A DNA stretch of 64,000 nt from assembly GCA_963845085.1 (NCBI GenBank), contig CAWJQI010000001.1:288001-352000 (forward strand). The letters are read 5' to 3'. Source of the stretch: Candidatus Fermentibacterota bacterium (GTDB taxonomy: Bacteria > Fermentibacterota > Fermentibacteria > Fermentibacterales > JCC-6). Shown piece after piece: positions 33,669 through 42,641 of the stretch. Position 1 is the first letter of the stretch, and each line of letters opens with the position of its first letter. The notes beneath the pieces were generated by a model. That model saw nothing but the letters and a program-made list of their open reading frames with translations, made no database searches and was not told the DNA's origin. A program made the position numbers and the translations under genes.

Positions 33669-34349
33669 CTAACGGGGAGCGGACCCCTCCCATGAGGGCA
33701 GTTCCGACATGCCCCTCGGTGAAAGCGAGTAGACGCCCCTCGATGCCCTATCGAACCAGCCGTAAACGTTGCGGTACAGGATGGCTCTCGCATCGGGCAG
33801 ACAGAGTTCCCTTGCAACGTCGGACGCCTTCGAAGGCCCCTGCGAGCGGAGATGAACGGCAACTGCAACGGCCTTCCCGCGGTAGAACGTCATCAGACCC
33901 CTCTTTCTGCCGCACCCTCCGGGGTTCGGGTCGCCTGTCAGTGAGGCGTGTTCACGCAGCAGCATGCCCTTCCGAGCCCTGTTGCTCCTGGGCCTGTACT
34001 CGCCGGGGTCGAGTTCGGCCTGCACCGCGGCCCTTGCCGGATCGACGAGCAGAAGCCCGACGCCAAGCATCCGAAGGAGCCTGCGGAGCCCTCTGCCCTC
34101 GGTCTTCAAGGTGCGGCAGTCATGCGGCACCGCAATGTAGACGGCATCGGCGGTGCCCACCCGGTCAACCGCCTGAAGCAGAAGACGGACGTTGAGAGTG
34201 AGTTTCATCTCGACCGCAACCATCATGCCTTCACGTACGCCAACCACGTCGCAGGGTCCCACCTCCCCCCTGACGGAATAGCCCTGGGATTCAAGGAACC
34301 CCTTTACGGGGGGGTAGAGATCGGTTTCCTTCACAGGCTTTCCAGCCAT
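33669..34349 (-). CDS. DUF2161 family putative PD-(D/E)XK phosphodiesterase
   Basis: KETDLYPPVKGFLE..GY.V.GEV..CDVV, VEMK, LLLQAVDR, GDPNPGG, ILYRNVYGWF. Confidence 0.88.
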   Translation of the reverse strand: MAGKPVKETDLYPPVKGFLESQGYSVRGEVGPCDVVGVREGMMVAVEMKLTLNVRLLLQAVDRVGTADAVYIAVPHDCRTLKTEGRGLRRLLRMLGVGLLLVDPARAAVQAELDPGEYRPRSNRARKGMLLREHASLTGDPNPGGCGRKRGLMTFYRGKAVAVAVHLRSQGPSKASDVARELCLPDARAILYRNVYGWFDRASRGVYSLSPRGMSELPSWEGSAPR

Positions 34350-35449
34350 GACCGGAGGTCGATGACCACGACACTGTCGGAGGATGTGACGCCGTAGAGC
34401 CTGTTGCCGTTCCCGATGACCATGTCGTCGATGGAATGCCCGGGCTGGAACGAACCGAGGTAAAGGCCATCCCCGTCAAAGACGAGCAGCCTGCCAAAAT
34501 CGCTCACCCACAGGTTTCCCTGGTCGTCCGCGGCGATTGCGGACGGCGAGACGAACTGACCCGGTCTGCTCCCGGCGCTTCCGAAACGCGTCACGAATAC
34601 CCCGTCATGCCCGAATTTGAAGACGCTTCCGTTGAAGCTGCCGTACGCGAAGATATTCCCCAGGCCGTCGACCGCAACGATCGTGTTCAGTTCGGGATCG
34701 CCCGTGCAGCCGCTTATTGCGCCCGAAAGCAGCAGGTCCACCGCGCTGTTCCCGTCGAACCGGATGATATCGTCCCTGTTTCTGTACCAGGATGCAACCA
34801 CCGTTCCGGAGGGACCCGCCGTCACATCATGGAAACCCCACCCCTCCGGATGCGCAAGGGTGTCGGAAGGGCCGCCCGATCCGTCGGATACGATGATGTG
34901 CCCCCCCGCTGCCAGGTACAGGGTGCCTTCCGGCGAGACAGCCATCGATGTGAGCGCTGCGGGATGTTCGAAGTTCAGCTGTCTCTCATAAACACCGGAG
35001 GAATCGAAGAGCTGGACCCGGCCCGTTTCCCGCTCGGCAACGTATATGTTTCCGCTGCCGTCGACCCCTATCTGTGAGGCATCGGTGAAAAGGCCCGGCC
35101 CCGTCCCCGAACCGCCGAACCCATGAAGGACCGTTGAAGGGGCGGCACCCGCGCCCTGTCGTTCAACAAGACCGTCCAGTTCATCGCGGGCCAGGCCGAC
35201 AAGCCGGAACGCGATCACAACGGCCCCGACCACAAGAATCAAAGCCAGCCCGACGACGAGCATGCAGGAGCGCCGAAGGAGCGGAGCGTTCACATTGACG
35301 ACGGCCGGAGAACCTTCCGGGCCTGGATCCTCTTCGGAAGGATCGTTTCCAGCCGTGATACAGTTTCCGCAGTATTCACAGGTCGCAAACCCGTCGCCGG
35401 GATCGACCCGGATCGATGCACCGCAGGACGTGCAACGCATTTCCCTCAT
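34331..35449 (-). CDS. Zinc-ribbon + TM + NHL-repeat beta-propeller protein
   Basis: CTSCGA...CEYCG, one TM helix, GxGPGxF..IxVDxxGNIYVA repeats. Confidence 0.85.
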   Translation of the reverse strand: MREMRCTSCGASIRVDPGDGFATCEYCGNCITAGNDPSEEDPGPEGSPAVVNVNAPLLRRSCMLVVGLALILVVGAVVIAFRLVGLARDELDGLVERQGAGAAPSTVLHGFGGSGTGPGLFTDASQIGVDGSGNIYVAERETGRVQLFDSSGVYERQLNFEHPAALTSMAVSPEGTLYLAAGGHIIVSDGSGGPSDTLAHPEGWGFHDVTAGPSGTVVASWYRNRDDIIRFDGNSAVDLLLSGAISGCTGDPELNTIVAVDGLGNIFAYGSFNGSVFKFGHDGVFVTRFGSAGSRPGQFVSPSAIAADDQGNLWVSDFGRLLVFDGDGLYLGSFQPGHSIDDMVIGNGNRLYGVTSSDSVVVIDLRSWLESL

Positions 35450-35584
35450 GTCGCCGTTCTCCCTGGTGAATGGCCCGGTCCCTTTGCCTTCATTCGGGGG
35501 TATCCTATGCTCCCGGCCGGATAAAACAACCCTTGCCCCTGCCGGAACGATCCCCGGGATGTCGGCCCGGACCCACGAACGCAG

Positions 35585-36215
35585 CTATCCGTTCGCCGCA
35601 AACACACCCCAGAAAACGGGAACACACATGCTTCCCACGGCATCGCCATCACCGAGCTGCATCCTTGCGAACCCGGGGTCGGTCTCCTCTCGAAGCGGCT
35701 CCACGACCCCCCATTCGAGGGTCTTGTAACCTGCCTCCGAGAACACATCGGCAAGACGCGAGCCGAACAGCAGGGTCGAATCCCTCTTTTCCAAGCGAGG
35801 CAGCGATTGCTGCGACGGCGGGGTCATCCCCGGAGTAGGCGAACTCCCCGGCAACGGCATAGAAGCCGCTTCCACCGAGCGCCCTGCGGACTTTCTTGAG
35901 GTAGGCCACCGGATCGCCAAGCTGGTAGAGAAAGAACGAGCTGACATAGATGTCGGCGCTGGGGATAATGCGTGTGGCGTCGCCGGGAATGAAGACACAC
36001 CCCTGCGGGGGGGAGGTTCTTTCAACGCGGTCGATGCAGACAAGGCGGGCCGGGGTGAGGACGGAAAGCTCCCGGGCGACAAGAAAGCCGCCGCATCCCG
36101 GTTCCACGATGCACGCGGCCCTCCTCAGCGGGAGAAGCGAATAGATATGGCGCCGGGTGTCGGTCAGGTTGCGGAACTGCCTTTCAAGAAGGCTCGCCGG
36201 CGTTCCGGGGCTCAT
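35585..36215 (-). pseudogene. Class I SAM methyltransferase split by a frameshift near 35770
   Basis: Frame 1: VEPGCGG...FFLYQLGDP...RALGGSG...KEGFDP. Continuation LFGSRLADVFSEAGY... lies in the +1 frame to the stop at 35585. Confidence 0.65.
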
Positions 36216-36493
36216 TCCCTGATGTGTTCCAGACCGAGCAGAAGAAGCTGCCGCACATGATCGTCGGCGAGGCTGTAGTGGATGTGCCTGCCCTCCCTGC
36301 GTCTGCTTACAAGCCCGGAGAGCCGCAGCTTCTTCATCTGGTGGGATACGGCCGAAACCGAAAGCCCCATCTCCACGGCCAGTTCACAGACGCACCTGCT
36401 GCGAACGTTGAGGTGGAGGAGGATGGAAAGGCGCGTCGGATCGGAGGCCTGGAAGAAAAGGTCCCCCATGGATTCGATCTCGCCCGGAGTCAC
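36212..36493 (-). CDS. ArsR/SmtB metalloregulator
   Basis: SDPTRLSIL, CVCELA, SAVSHQM, RREGRHIHYSLADDHV...EHIRE. Start uncertain (36541, 36493 or 36469). Confidence 0.9.
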   Translation of the reverse strand: MTPGEIESMGDLFFQASDPTRLSILLHLNVRSRCVCELAVEMGLSVSAVSHQMKKLRLSGLVSRRREGRHIHYSLADDHVRQLLLLGLEHIRE

Positions 36494-36497
36494 CCCT

Positions 36498-37745
36498 TCA
36501 GGTGTTGCAGCCACAACCGCCCCCGCGCAGGCCGGCCTCATACCCGCTCTCGCGGACCGCTGCCAGGGCTGCACAGGCGTTGAAGCCGTCGCCAACCTCC
36601 ATCACCGCCGTGCCGGTGTTCAGTGTGACCGTCACGGCATGAACGCCCGCGAGGCTCTCGAGAGCCTTCGTGACATGCCTGACGCAGTTGCCGCAGGTCA
36701 TGCCCTTCACGTCCAGCGTTACACTTGCATTTCCCGTGCGTGCAGCCATTTGTCGAACCCTCCCCTTCAGCCGGTTGAATGCGTGATATCCGATCGCAGC
36801 AAAGAGCAACCCTGCCGAAACATCCTTCCAGAGGGGCACCTGGTCTGTGTGAGAGATGCCGGGCAGTGCCGCCGCCGGAATGGAAATGTTGTTCAGAAGC
36901 AGCCCCGAAAGCATGCTCACCACTACGAGTGTGACAAGATAACTTGCGAACGCGTTCTTTCCCAGTGTTTTTCTTACCGCGCCCATCGTGGCGGCATTGG
37001 TGGCCGGGCCGGCCATGAGAAATACAAGGGCGGCGCCGACAGGAAAGCCGGCATACACCATGGCTGCGGCCACAGGTACTGAAGCGACCGAGCAGACGTA
37101 CAGCGGAATCCCCACGAGCAGGGCGGCGAGGAGGCCAAGCGGTCCGTCCAGAAAAGGGTTCCCGGCAAGGCTTCCGGGGGAAACGAACGTGATCAGAAGC
37201 GCGCTCACGACAACACCTATCAAAAGCCAGCCCCAGATGTCACCCATGATGGAGTGGAACGCATACCGGAACACCCGCGCAGGAACGGTTCCCCTCTCCA
37301 CATCCGCGCATTCCTGCCGAAAAGCAAGACGAGGTTCGTCATTTTTTGCGTGATCAACGATGGTTCCGCTGACAACCCCCGCCACGAGGGCCGCAACCAT
37401 CTTCGCGAGTGCGACAGGCCAGCCCAGCATCCCCCAGGTTGCCGCTATCGAATCGACACCCGTCTGCGGCGTGCTGGCAAGGAAAGCAACGGTTGCGCCC
37501 CTGCTGGCTCCGTCCTTGCGAAGCGCGAGGGCGGCGGGCAGAACCCCGCATGAGCACAGCGGAAGGGGCACTCCCAGCGCGGCAGCCTTGAGGGTGCTTG
37601 CGAACCCGGGCCTGCCGATGTGCCGCAGAATGTTCTCACGCCTTACGAAAACATGCAGAAGGCCCGCAACGAACAAACCAAGAAACAGCGAGGGTGCAAG
37701 GTCCACCGCGGTGGTCCAGAGGTGTGAGAGAAACGTGGCGAGCAT
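36498..37745 (-). CDS. SO_0444/ArsP-type permease fused to a C-terminal HMA domain
   Basis: GVPLPLCSCGVLP, STPQTGVDS, PLYVCS, FLMAGPATN; HMA motif GMTCGNC. Confidence 0.9.
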   Translation of the reverse strand: MLATFLSHLWTTAVDLAPSLFLGLFVAGLLHVFVRRENILRHIGRPGFASTLKAAALGVPLPLCSCGVLPAALALRKDGASRGATVAFLASTPQTGVDSIAATWGMLGWPVALAKMVAALVAGVVSGTIVDHAKNDEPRLAFRQECADVERGTVPARVFRYAFHSIMGDIWGWLLIGVVVSALLITFVSPGSLAGNPFLDGPLGLLAALLVGIPLYVCSVASVPVAAAMVYAGFPVGAALVFLMAGPATNAATMGAVRKTLGKNAFASYLVTLVVVSMLSGLLLNNISIPAAALPGISHTDQVPLWKDVSAGLLFAAIGYHAFNRLKGRVRQMAARTGNASVTLDVKGMTCGNCVRHVTKALESLAGVHAVTVTLNTGTAVMEVGDGFNACAALAAVRESGYEAGLRGGGCGCNT

Positions 37746-37755
37746 ATGCCCTTTC

Positions 37756-37781
37756 TATTGTTGAGCAACTGTGCAAGTATT
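37756..37781. promoter_or_regulatory. ArsR/SmtB-type 12-2-12 operator
   Basis: Minus strand AATACTTGCACA-GT-TGCTCAACAATA, overlapping the end of a TATAAT box and 10 nt before the permease ATG. Confidence 0.65.
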
Positions 37782-37812
37782 ATATGCCGGAATCCCGTCA
37801 AAGGCAAGCCCG

Positions 37813-38778
37813 TCAGAAACCGAGCATCGATTCGATGGAGGGCAGGTTTGTGAACTGTGTGGCGGCGAAAACTCCGTAGAACGCGAGAAGCCCGAGCGCC
37901 TCGATCCTGTTCAGCTTCATGCCGCTGGTCACGAAAAGCTGTATCACAACGGCTGCGAGAACAAGCAACGGCATGGCGAAGGCCGTAAGCCCATGGGATA
38001 CCGGGATGGGTGCGATCAGGCAGCACACGCCCAGGACCACGAGCTGGGTGAAAATGTTTGAGGCGTACACCTCGCCGATCGTGATGTCCGCCTTTCTCTT
38101 CATCGTTGCGGACAGGCTGATGGCGAGTTCGGGCAGGCTCGTGCCGAAGGCGAAGACCACAACGCCCAGCGCGACTGCGGGAATTCCGGCGATTCTTCCC
38201 AGTTCGGTCCCCGAATCGAGGGCGACCTTCGAGCCGCCGATCACCGCAGCAATGCCGAGAAGCGTGAACAGCACGGCAACAGGCACGCGCAGCCTGCCCG
38301 GGGCGGCAGGCTCTTCGGAGACCTCGACGCCCTCGCGGGCGGACCGCAGAACGCTGAGGATGTACGGAACGTACATCACGATCAGAATGAGCCCGTCCGA
38401 GCGGCTGAGCCTTCCGTCCATCGCAAGAATGAGCACGAGGGCTGAACTGAGGATCATCCAGCTCGATTCGCGCGACTGCACCTCCCGGTGGATGTCGATG
38501 GGCCTGATCAGGGCGCATACGGCGGTAACGAACGTCAGCGTGACGAAATTTGAGCCTATCACGTTTCCCACCGAAATGTCGCCGGCGCCGCGGATTATCG
38601 CAAGGGCCGACACCGTGAGTTCGGGCATGCTGGATAGAACGCTGACACCCACGATGGTAACGACAAGTTCCTTGACTCCCATCGCCCTCGCGATGGGACC
38701 GATGCTTCTGATGATGACCTCGGAACCGCCCCAGAGCAGCCCGATGCCAAGCACCAGCAGAACTATGGATTCGGTCAG
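37813..38778 (-). CDS. Ca2+/Na+ antiporter (YrbG/CaCA family)
   Basis: SSMPEL, GNVIGSN, GTSLPELA, VYASNIF alpha repeats. Start CTG 38778 or GTG 38754. Confidence 0.9.
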   Translation of the reverse strand: MTESIVLLVLGIGLLWGGSEVIIRSIGPIARAMGVKELVVTIVGVSVLSSMPELTVSALAIIRGAGDISVGNVIGSNFVTLTFVTAVCALIRPIDIHREVQSRESSWMILSSALVLILAMDGRLSRSDGLILIVMYVPYILSVLRSAREGVEVSEEPAAPGRLRVPVAVLFTLLGIAAVIGGSKVALDSGTELGRIAGIPAVALGVVVFAFGTSLPELAISLSATMKRKADITIGEVYASNIFTQLVVLGVCCLIAPIPVSHGLTAFAMPLLVLAAVVIQLFVTSGMKLNRIEALGLLAFYGVFAATQFTNLPSIESMLGF

Positions 38779-38847
38779 AACAAACCCCCCGCGGTATGAC
38801 GTTGAACCGTGACGCGATGCAGACAGCTGCCCCGCGACCGGGAAAGG

Positions 38848-40488
38848 TCAGGCATTTTCACGCAGACGGCCGAGCCTGAGTCTCAAATCCCTGATGTGCG
38901 TTTCCAGGTCGCGCATGAAGATGTCGTCTTCGGCGGGCGGCCTTACCCCGGCGTAGTCTTCGATCACCGATCGACCCCGTACGAGGTCCTTTTCCCGTGA
39001 TCCCGACACCCCGCTCAAGAGAACTTCGAGTATTTCGTCGAGCCTTTCTGCCGGCCCGCTTTCAAGCCCGCCCGAAGTCAGCCTTGAAAAGAGGTCGGCG
39101 CCTTCAAGAAGCGTTTCGTAGGCCTCTATCCCCCCCAGCCTGTCCTCTTCAAGGATGAAGTTCTTCCCCCTGCCCGGCATCTCCCCGCACGAGTGATTCG
39201 CAAGCCTTTCCAGGGCACTGCGTGTCAATCCGACAACTTCGTCCGACAGGATCGAGGTGTCGACCACGGTATGCATCGCCCTGGACCGGTTTCTGTACTT
39301 CCAGGCGTTGCGGACCAGGGCGTAAAGATTCTCGCGGATCATCCAGCCGGGGATGAGCCGGTTGTACCCTTCCGGCACCCCGTCGGGCCTTACTGCCGGC
39401 TGGCAGATCAGGGAAAAGGGAAAGGCGACCCTCTGCGGCAGCGCGACAAGCCCGGTGGCGAGAATCGAATGCGGGCTGCCCGAGTAATCGGCGGGAAACT
39501 TGATCGATGTTCCGAGGCCGATGAAAAAACCCTCCCCCATCCTCAGTTCCTGGTCGGGCAGCCGCGAGGTGTGGTTGCTGCCCGCATTCGCCCCGTACCC
39601 GACATTTCCCTTGCCTCCGGGCCATAGCGTTGCAATGAGAAGCGACTGGTGATGCATGCCGGTCAGGGGGCCCACAAGCGAGGCCGTCATTTCGCCCCCG
39701 CCGAGAACACTGTCCGCCCCGAGGAACGAGCCGGCCAGCATCCCGTGCCTCTCGACGACGGAACCCTCGCCGACGATGGAATCCGTCACGAGTGCCATCG
39801 TGTCCGCCCTCGCCCGCCACTGAAGAACGCCGGAATGAAGCTGGGCGCCGTTTCCCGCGTAAGCCCCGGGCAGGAGTACGCTGCCGCGCACCGGACCCGG
39901 GCAATCGAGCACCGAGCCCTGCATGATGATGGTGTTCTCGACCAGTATTGCGTTTTTTACCGTGGCATCGGGGCCGATGGTCCCGCAAACCGGGAAGGCC
40001 GAAGCCTTTCCCGCCGCAGCGAGCGCTTCCGCCCTTCCGCCTGCAGTGGCCATTCGGAAGGCATCGGAATGGCTCATGGTGGGCAGTATTGGAACACTCC
40101 TCAGACCTGTCTCCTCGCCAAGCTGCATCATCGACGCCAGGGCGGAGGGTGGCCCGCTCCAGCAGAGAGTTCCGCAGTGTTCGAGAACCGAGCCGCCAAG
40201 CACGGCGTATCCGCTTAACAGCCCGCAGTGCCTGATGACGGCAGGCCCTTCGATCGTGCAGCCGGAGAGCACCGAGTGAGTGATCTCGCCCTCTTTCAGG
40301 TGGACCTTCACGTCACCCCTGAAGACGGTGTCTCTAATCAGTGAAGGGTCGGTCGAGGCGGAAAAGCACACCCGGCTCCAGTCCGCGGACGAGTTGCCGC
40401 CCTCGATGAGGATCGACTTTGTCTCGCTGTCAACGGGACTTGAGGCAAAATCAGGCATTCCCCTTAGCAGGGCGGCGAACCGTTCCAT
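38848..40488 (-). CDS. DUF4954-like left-handed beta-helix protein
   Basis: GNSSADWS, SLVGPLTGMHHQSLLIA, GYGANAGSNHTSR, PFSLI; TGATG overlap with pepD. Confidence 0.75.
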   Translation of the reverse strand: MERFAALLRGMPDFASSPVDSETKSILIEGGNSSADWSRVCFSASTDPSLIRDTVFRGDVKVHLKEGEITHSVLSGCTIEGPAVIRHCGLLSGYAVLGGSVLEHCGTLCWSGPPSALASMMQLGEETGLRSVPILPTMSHSDAFRMATAGGRAEALAAAGKASAFPVCGTIGPDATVKNAILVENTIIMQGSVLDCPGPVRGSVLLPGAYAGNGAQLHSGVLQWRARADTMALVTDSIVGEGSVVERHGMLAGSFLGADSVLGGGEMTASLVGPLTGMHHQSLLIATLWPGGKGNVGYGANAGSNHTSRLPDQELRMGEGFFIGLGTSIKFPADYSGSPHSILATGLVALPQRVAFPFSLICQPAVRPDGVPEGYNRLIPGWMIRENLYALVRNAWKYRNRSRAMHTVVDTSILSDEVVGLTRSALERLANHSCGEMPGRGKNFILEEDRLGGIEAYETLLEGADLFSRLTSGGLESGPAERLDEILEVLLSGVSGSREKDLVRGRSVIEDYAGVRPPAEDDIFMRDLETHIRDLRLRLGRLRENA

Positions 40489-41891
40489 CAGGCGAGGCTT
40501 TCCAGAAGAAGGACCAGCATTTCCATGAAGGAGGCGACTGAGGCAACCCTGACCCGCTCGCCCGGGATGTGGACATCCCGTATCTCGGGACCCATGCTGA
40601 TCATATCCATTCCCCCCACTCTCCTCCCGATGATGCCGCATTCAAGCCCTGCATGAATGGCGTTCACCACAGGTTCTGCGCCGTAGGTGCGCACGCAGGC
40701 GTTCCTGGCCGCGGCAAGCAGCCTTGAACCGGGGTCGGGCGTCCAGCCGGGGTACCCCTCCTCGGAATGCAGGGCACACCCGGCCAGCGCAGCAACAGCC
40801 CCGATCCGGTCGACAAGAGCGTCTCGGGAAGAGTCGATGGAACTCCTGACACTGATGTTTATCTCGGCCCCAGAACCGGATGTACGGATGATCGCAAGGT
40901 TGCACGAAGTCTGCACAAGGCCCGGGACTGCGGCGCTCATGGCTGAGACGCCGTGTGGAAGCGCAAGGACGAGGTTCAGAAGAAGGTCGGAAGAGGCTTT
41001 CTCAAAAGGGGCGCACTCGCCGGCGGCTTCACAGGTGACCTCCATGCCGGGCTCAATGCCGGCAAACTCGGCGCTGAGATCGCGAAGGACCTTCTGGAGG
41101 GCGGCGGGGGATGCAGTGCCTGCAAACAGAACCCCGGCCGTTCTGGGAATTGCGTTGTGCTTCGTTCCTCCGTTGAATTCCGCCACCACAAGACCGAGAC
41201 TGCGGCAGACCCTTGCGGCAAGGGTAATGGCATTCGCCCTTCCACGGTTTATCTCCATGCCCGAGTGACCGCCGGAGAGACCCCCAACTGTCAATCTGGA
41301 AACCGGGACTGCCCGGGGCTGCCTTTTGAGCGCGGCCGTGATGACGGCATCACGACCTCCGGCACAGCCGATGCAGATGCTGTTCTCCTCTTCCGAATCG
41401 AGGTTGATCAACCTTCTGTGGCTGAGCCACTCCGCGGGAAACACCCTTGCACCGAGAAGCCCCCGTTCCTCATCCACCGTGAACAGGCATTCGAGGGGCG
41501 GCAGGGTGTCGAGGGGCGATTCCAGAAGGGCAAGCATGATGGCAACACCCATGCCGTTGTCGGCGCCGAGCGTTGTTTTTTCTGCGATGAGCCACCCATC
41601 CCTCAGCACTGCCGTGATGGGGTCGGTGGCAGGATCGGACGGGGAGTCGGGAAGCTTCTCGGCGACGATGTCGGTGTGGGCCTGAAGAACCACCCCCACG
41701 CCCCTGCCGGGCCTGGTCACCAGCACATTGCCCGCGCTGTCGCGCTTCCACGAAAGCCCGAGGTCACCGGCAACGCTCACAATGTAATCGGCGGCGGCCA
41801 TCTCCGAACCGCTTGGCCTCGGGATGGAAAGCAGCTTTCCGAAGTGCTTCCATACGCTCACGGGCTCAAGGTCACGGATTGTTCCGGTCAT
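40488..41891 (-). CDS. pepD: Aminoacyl-histidine dipeptidase (M20)
   Basis: IPRPSG, LQAHTD, TTLGADNG, TVDEE, NLDSEE, GGHSG, IHAGLECG. Confidence 0.93.
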   Translation of the reverse strand: MTGTIRDLEPVSVWKHFGKLLSIPRPSGSEMAAADYIVSVAGDLGLSWKRDSAGNVLVTRPGRGVGVVLQAHTDIVAEKLPDSPSDPATDPITAVLRDGWLIAEKTTLGADNGMGVAIMLALLESPLDTLPPLECLFTVDEERGLLGARVFPAEWLSHRRLINLDSEEENSICIGCAGGRDAVITAALKRQPRAVPVSRLTVGGLSGGHSGMEINRGRANAITLAARVCRSLGLVVAEFNGGTKHNAIPRTAGVLFAGTASPAALQKVLRDLSAEFAGIEPGMEVTCEAAGECAPFEKASSDLLLNLVLALPHGVSAMSAAVPGLVQTSCNLAIIRTSGSGAEINISVRSSIDSSRDALVDRIGAVAALAGCALHSEEGYPGWTPDPGSRLLAAARNACVRTYGAEPVVNAIHAGLECGIIGRRVGGMDMISMGPEIRDVHIPGERVRVASVASFMEMLVLLLESLA

Positions 41892-42577
41892 ACTGCCTCC
41901 CCCCTGGTCATTGCGAGAAAATAGCCAAGAAAAACAGCTCCCGCATCCCTGTCGGGAGCGGAGGCAAGAACCCCGTCCAGGTTGATGCCGTGCTTCCGGA
42001 AAAGGTCGGAGTCGCGCAGATACTGACTGTTCCCGGTGACGCTTGCGAACTCGGGGTGGAACTGGGTCCCCAGAAGCCTTCTGTCGCGGTCGAGGAAGGC
42101 CTGGATGGCGGTGTGAGGGTTCCGGGCGAGGATCCCGGCTCCGGACGGTATCTCGGTCACCCTGTCGTAATGCGATTGCCAGACCGTCTCGACAGGAAGC
42201 GCGCCCGGAATGCCCGGAGGAACGAGTTCCACCGGCAGCCAGCCTACCTCGGGACCCGCGGGCGCCTTCCCCACTGCACCAGGGCCAAGGTGGGCCAGGC
42301 AGAGCAGCTGATGGCCGTAACAGATCCCGAGCTGTGGAACGCCCTTCTCCGAACAGCGCCTTATCAGGGCGCAGGCGTCGGGGGTGAACGTCTCCCCATG
42401 CGTTATCGAAAGGGCGCTTCCGGAATGCACCAATCCCGAAAAGTCGCAGGGGTCGATCTTTGGAAATGGATGCCCCGGCCTGACTCTCGCAATGGCCGTC
42501 GGGTGATCGAACCTTCGTGCAATTGTGTCTCCGGAAAGACCGTCAACGGAATAATCCACGATCAGAATGGCTTTCAA
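41888..42577 (-). CDS. Type 1 glutamine amidotransferase (GMP-synthase-like, YfeJ type)
   Basis: LGICYGHQL, QSHYD, QFHPE. TTG 42577 follows GGAGG. Confidence 0.85.
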   Translation of the reverse strand: MKAILIVDYSVDGLSGDTIARRFDHPTAIARVRPGHPFPKIDPCDFSGLVHSGSALSITHGETFTPDACALIRRCSEKGVPQLGICYGHQLLCLAHLGPGAVGKAPAGPEVGWLPVELVPPGIPGALPVETVWQSHYDRVTEIPSGAGILARNPHTAIQAFLDRDRRLLGTQFHPEFASVTGNSQYLRDSDLFRKHGINLDGVLASAPDRDAGAVFLGYFLAMTRGEAV

Positions 42578-42641
42578 GACCCCTCCCCCACGGTTTGGAA
42601 GCCTTAACATACAAAGCGGACGCCCAGCTATAATAACCCGC

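Noticed and set aside
33669..34349. DUF2161 nuclease-like gene as part of a defence system
   Set aside because: It is a single gene with no DNA methylase, ATPase or other defence partner nearby.
35450..35584. AGGCAAAGGGACCG on the minus strand resembling part of a glycine riboswitch
   Set aside because: The GGAGA and CCGAAG elements and supporting stems are missing.
31592..37800. Genomic island integrated at tRNA-Thr
   Set aside because: No integrase, no duplicated tRNA 3' end noticed, and housekeeping glmM follows the tRNA directly.
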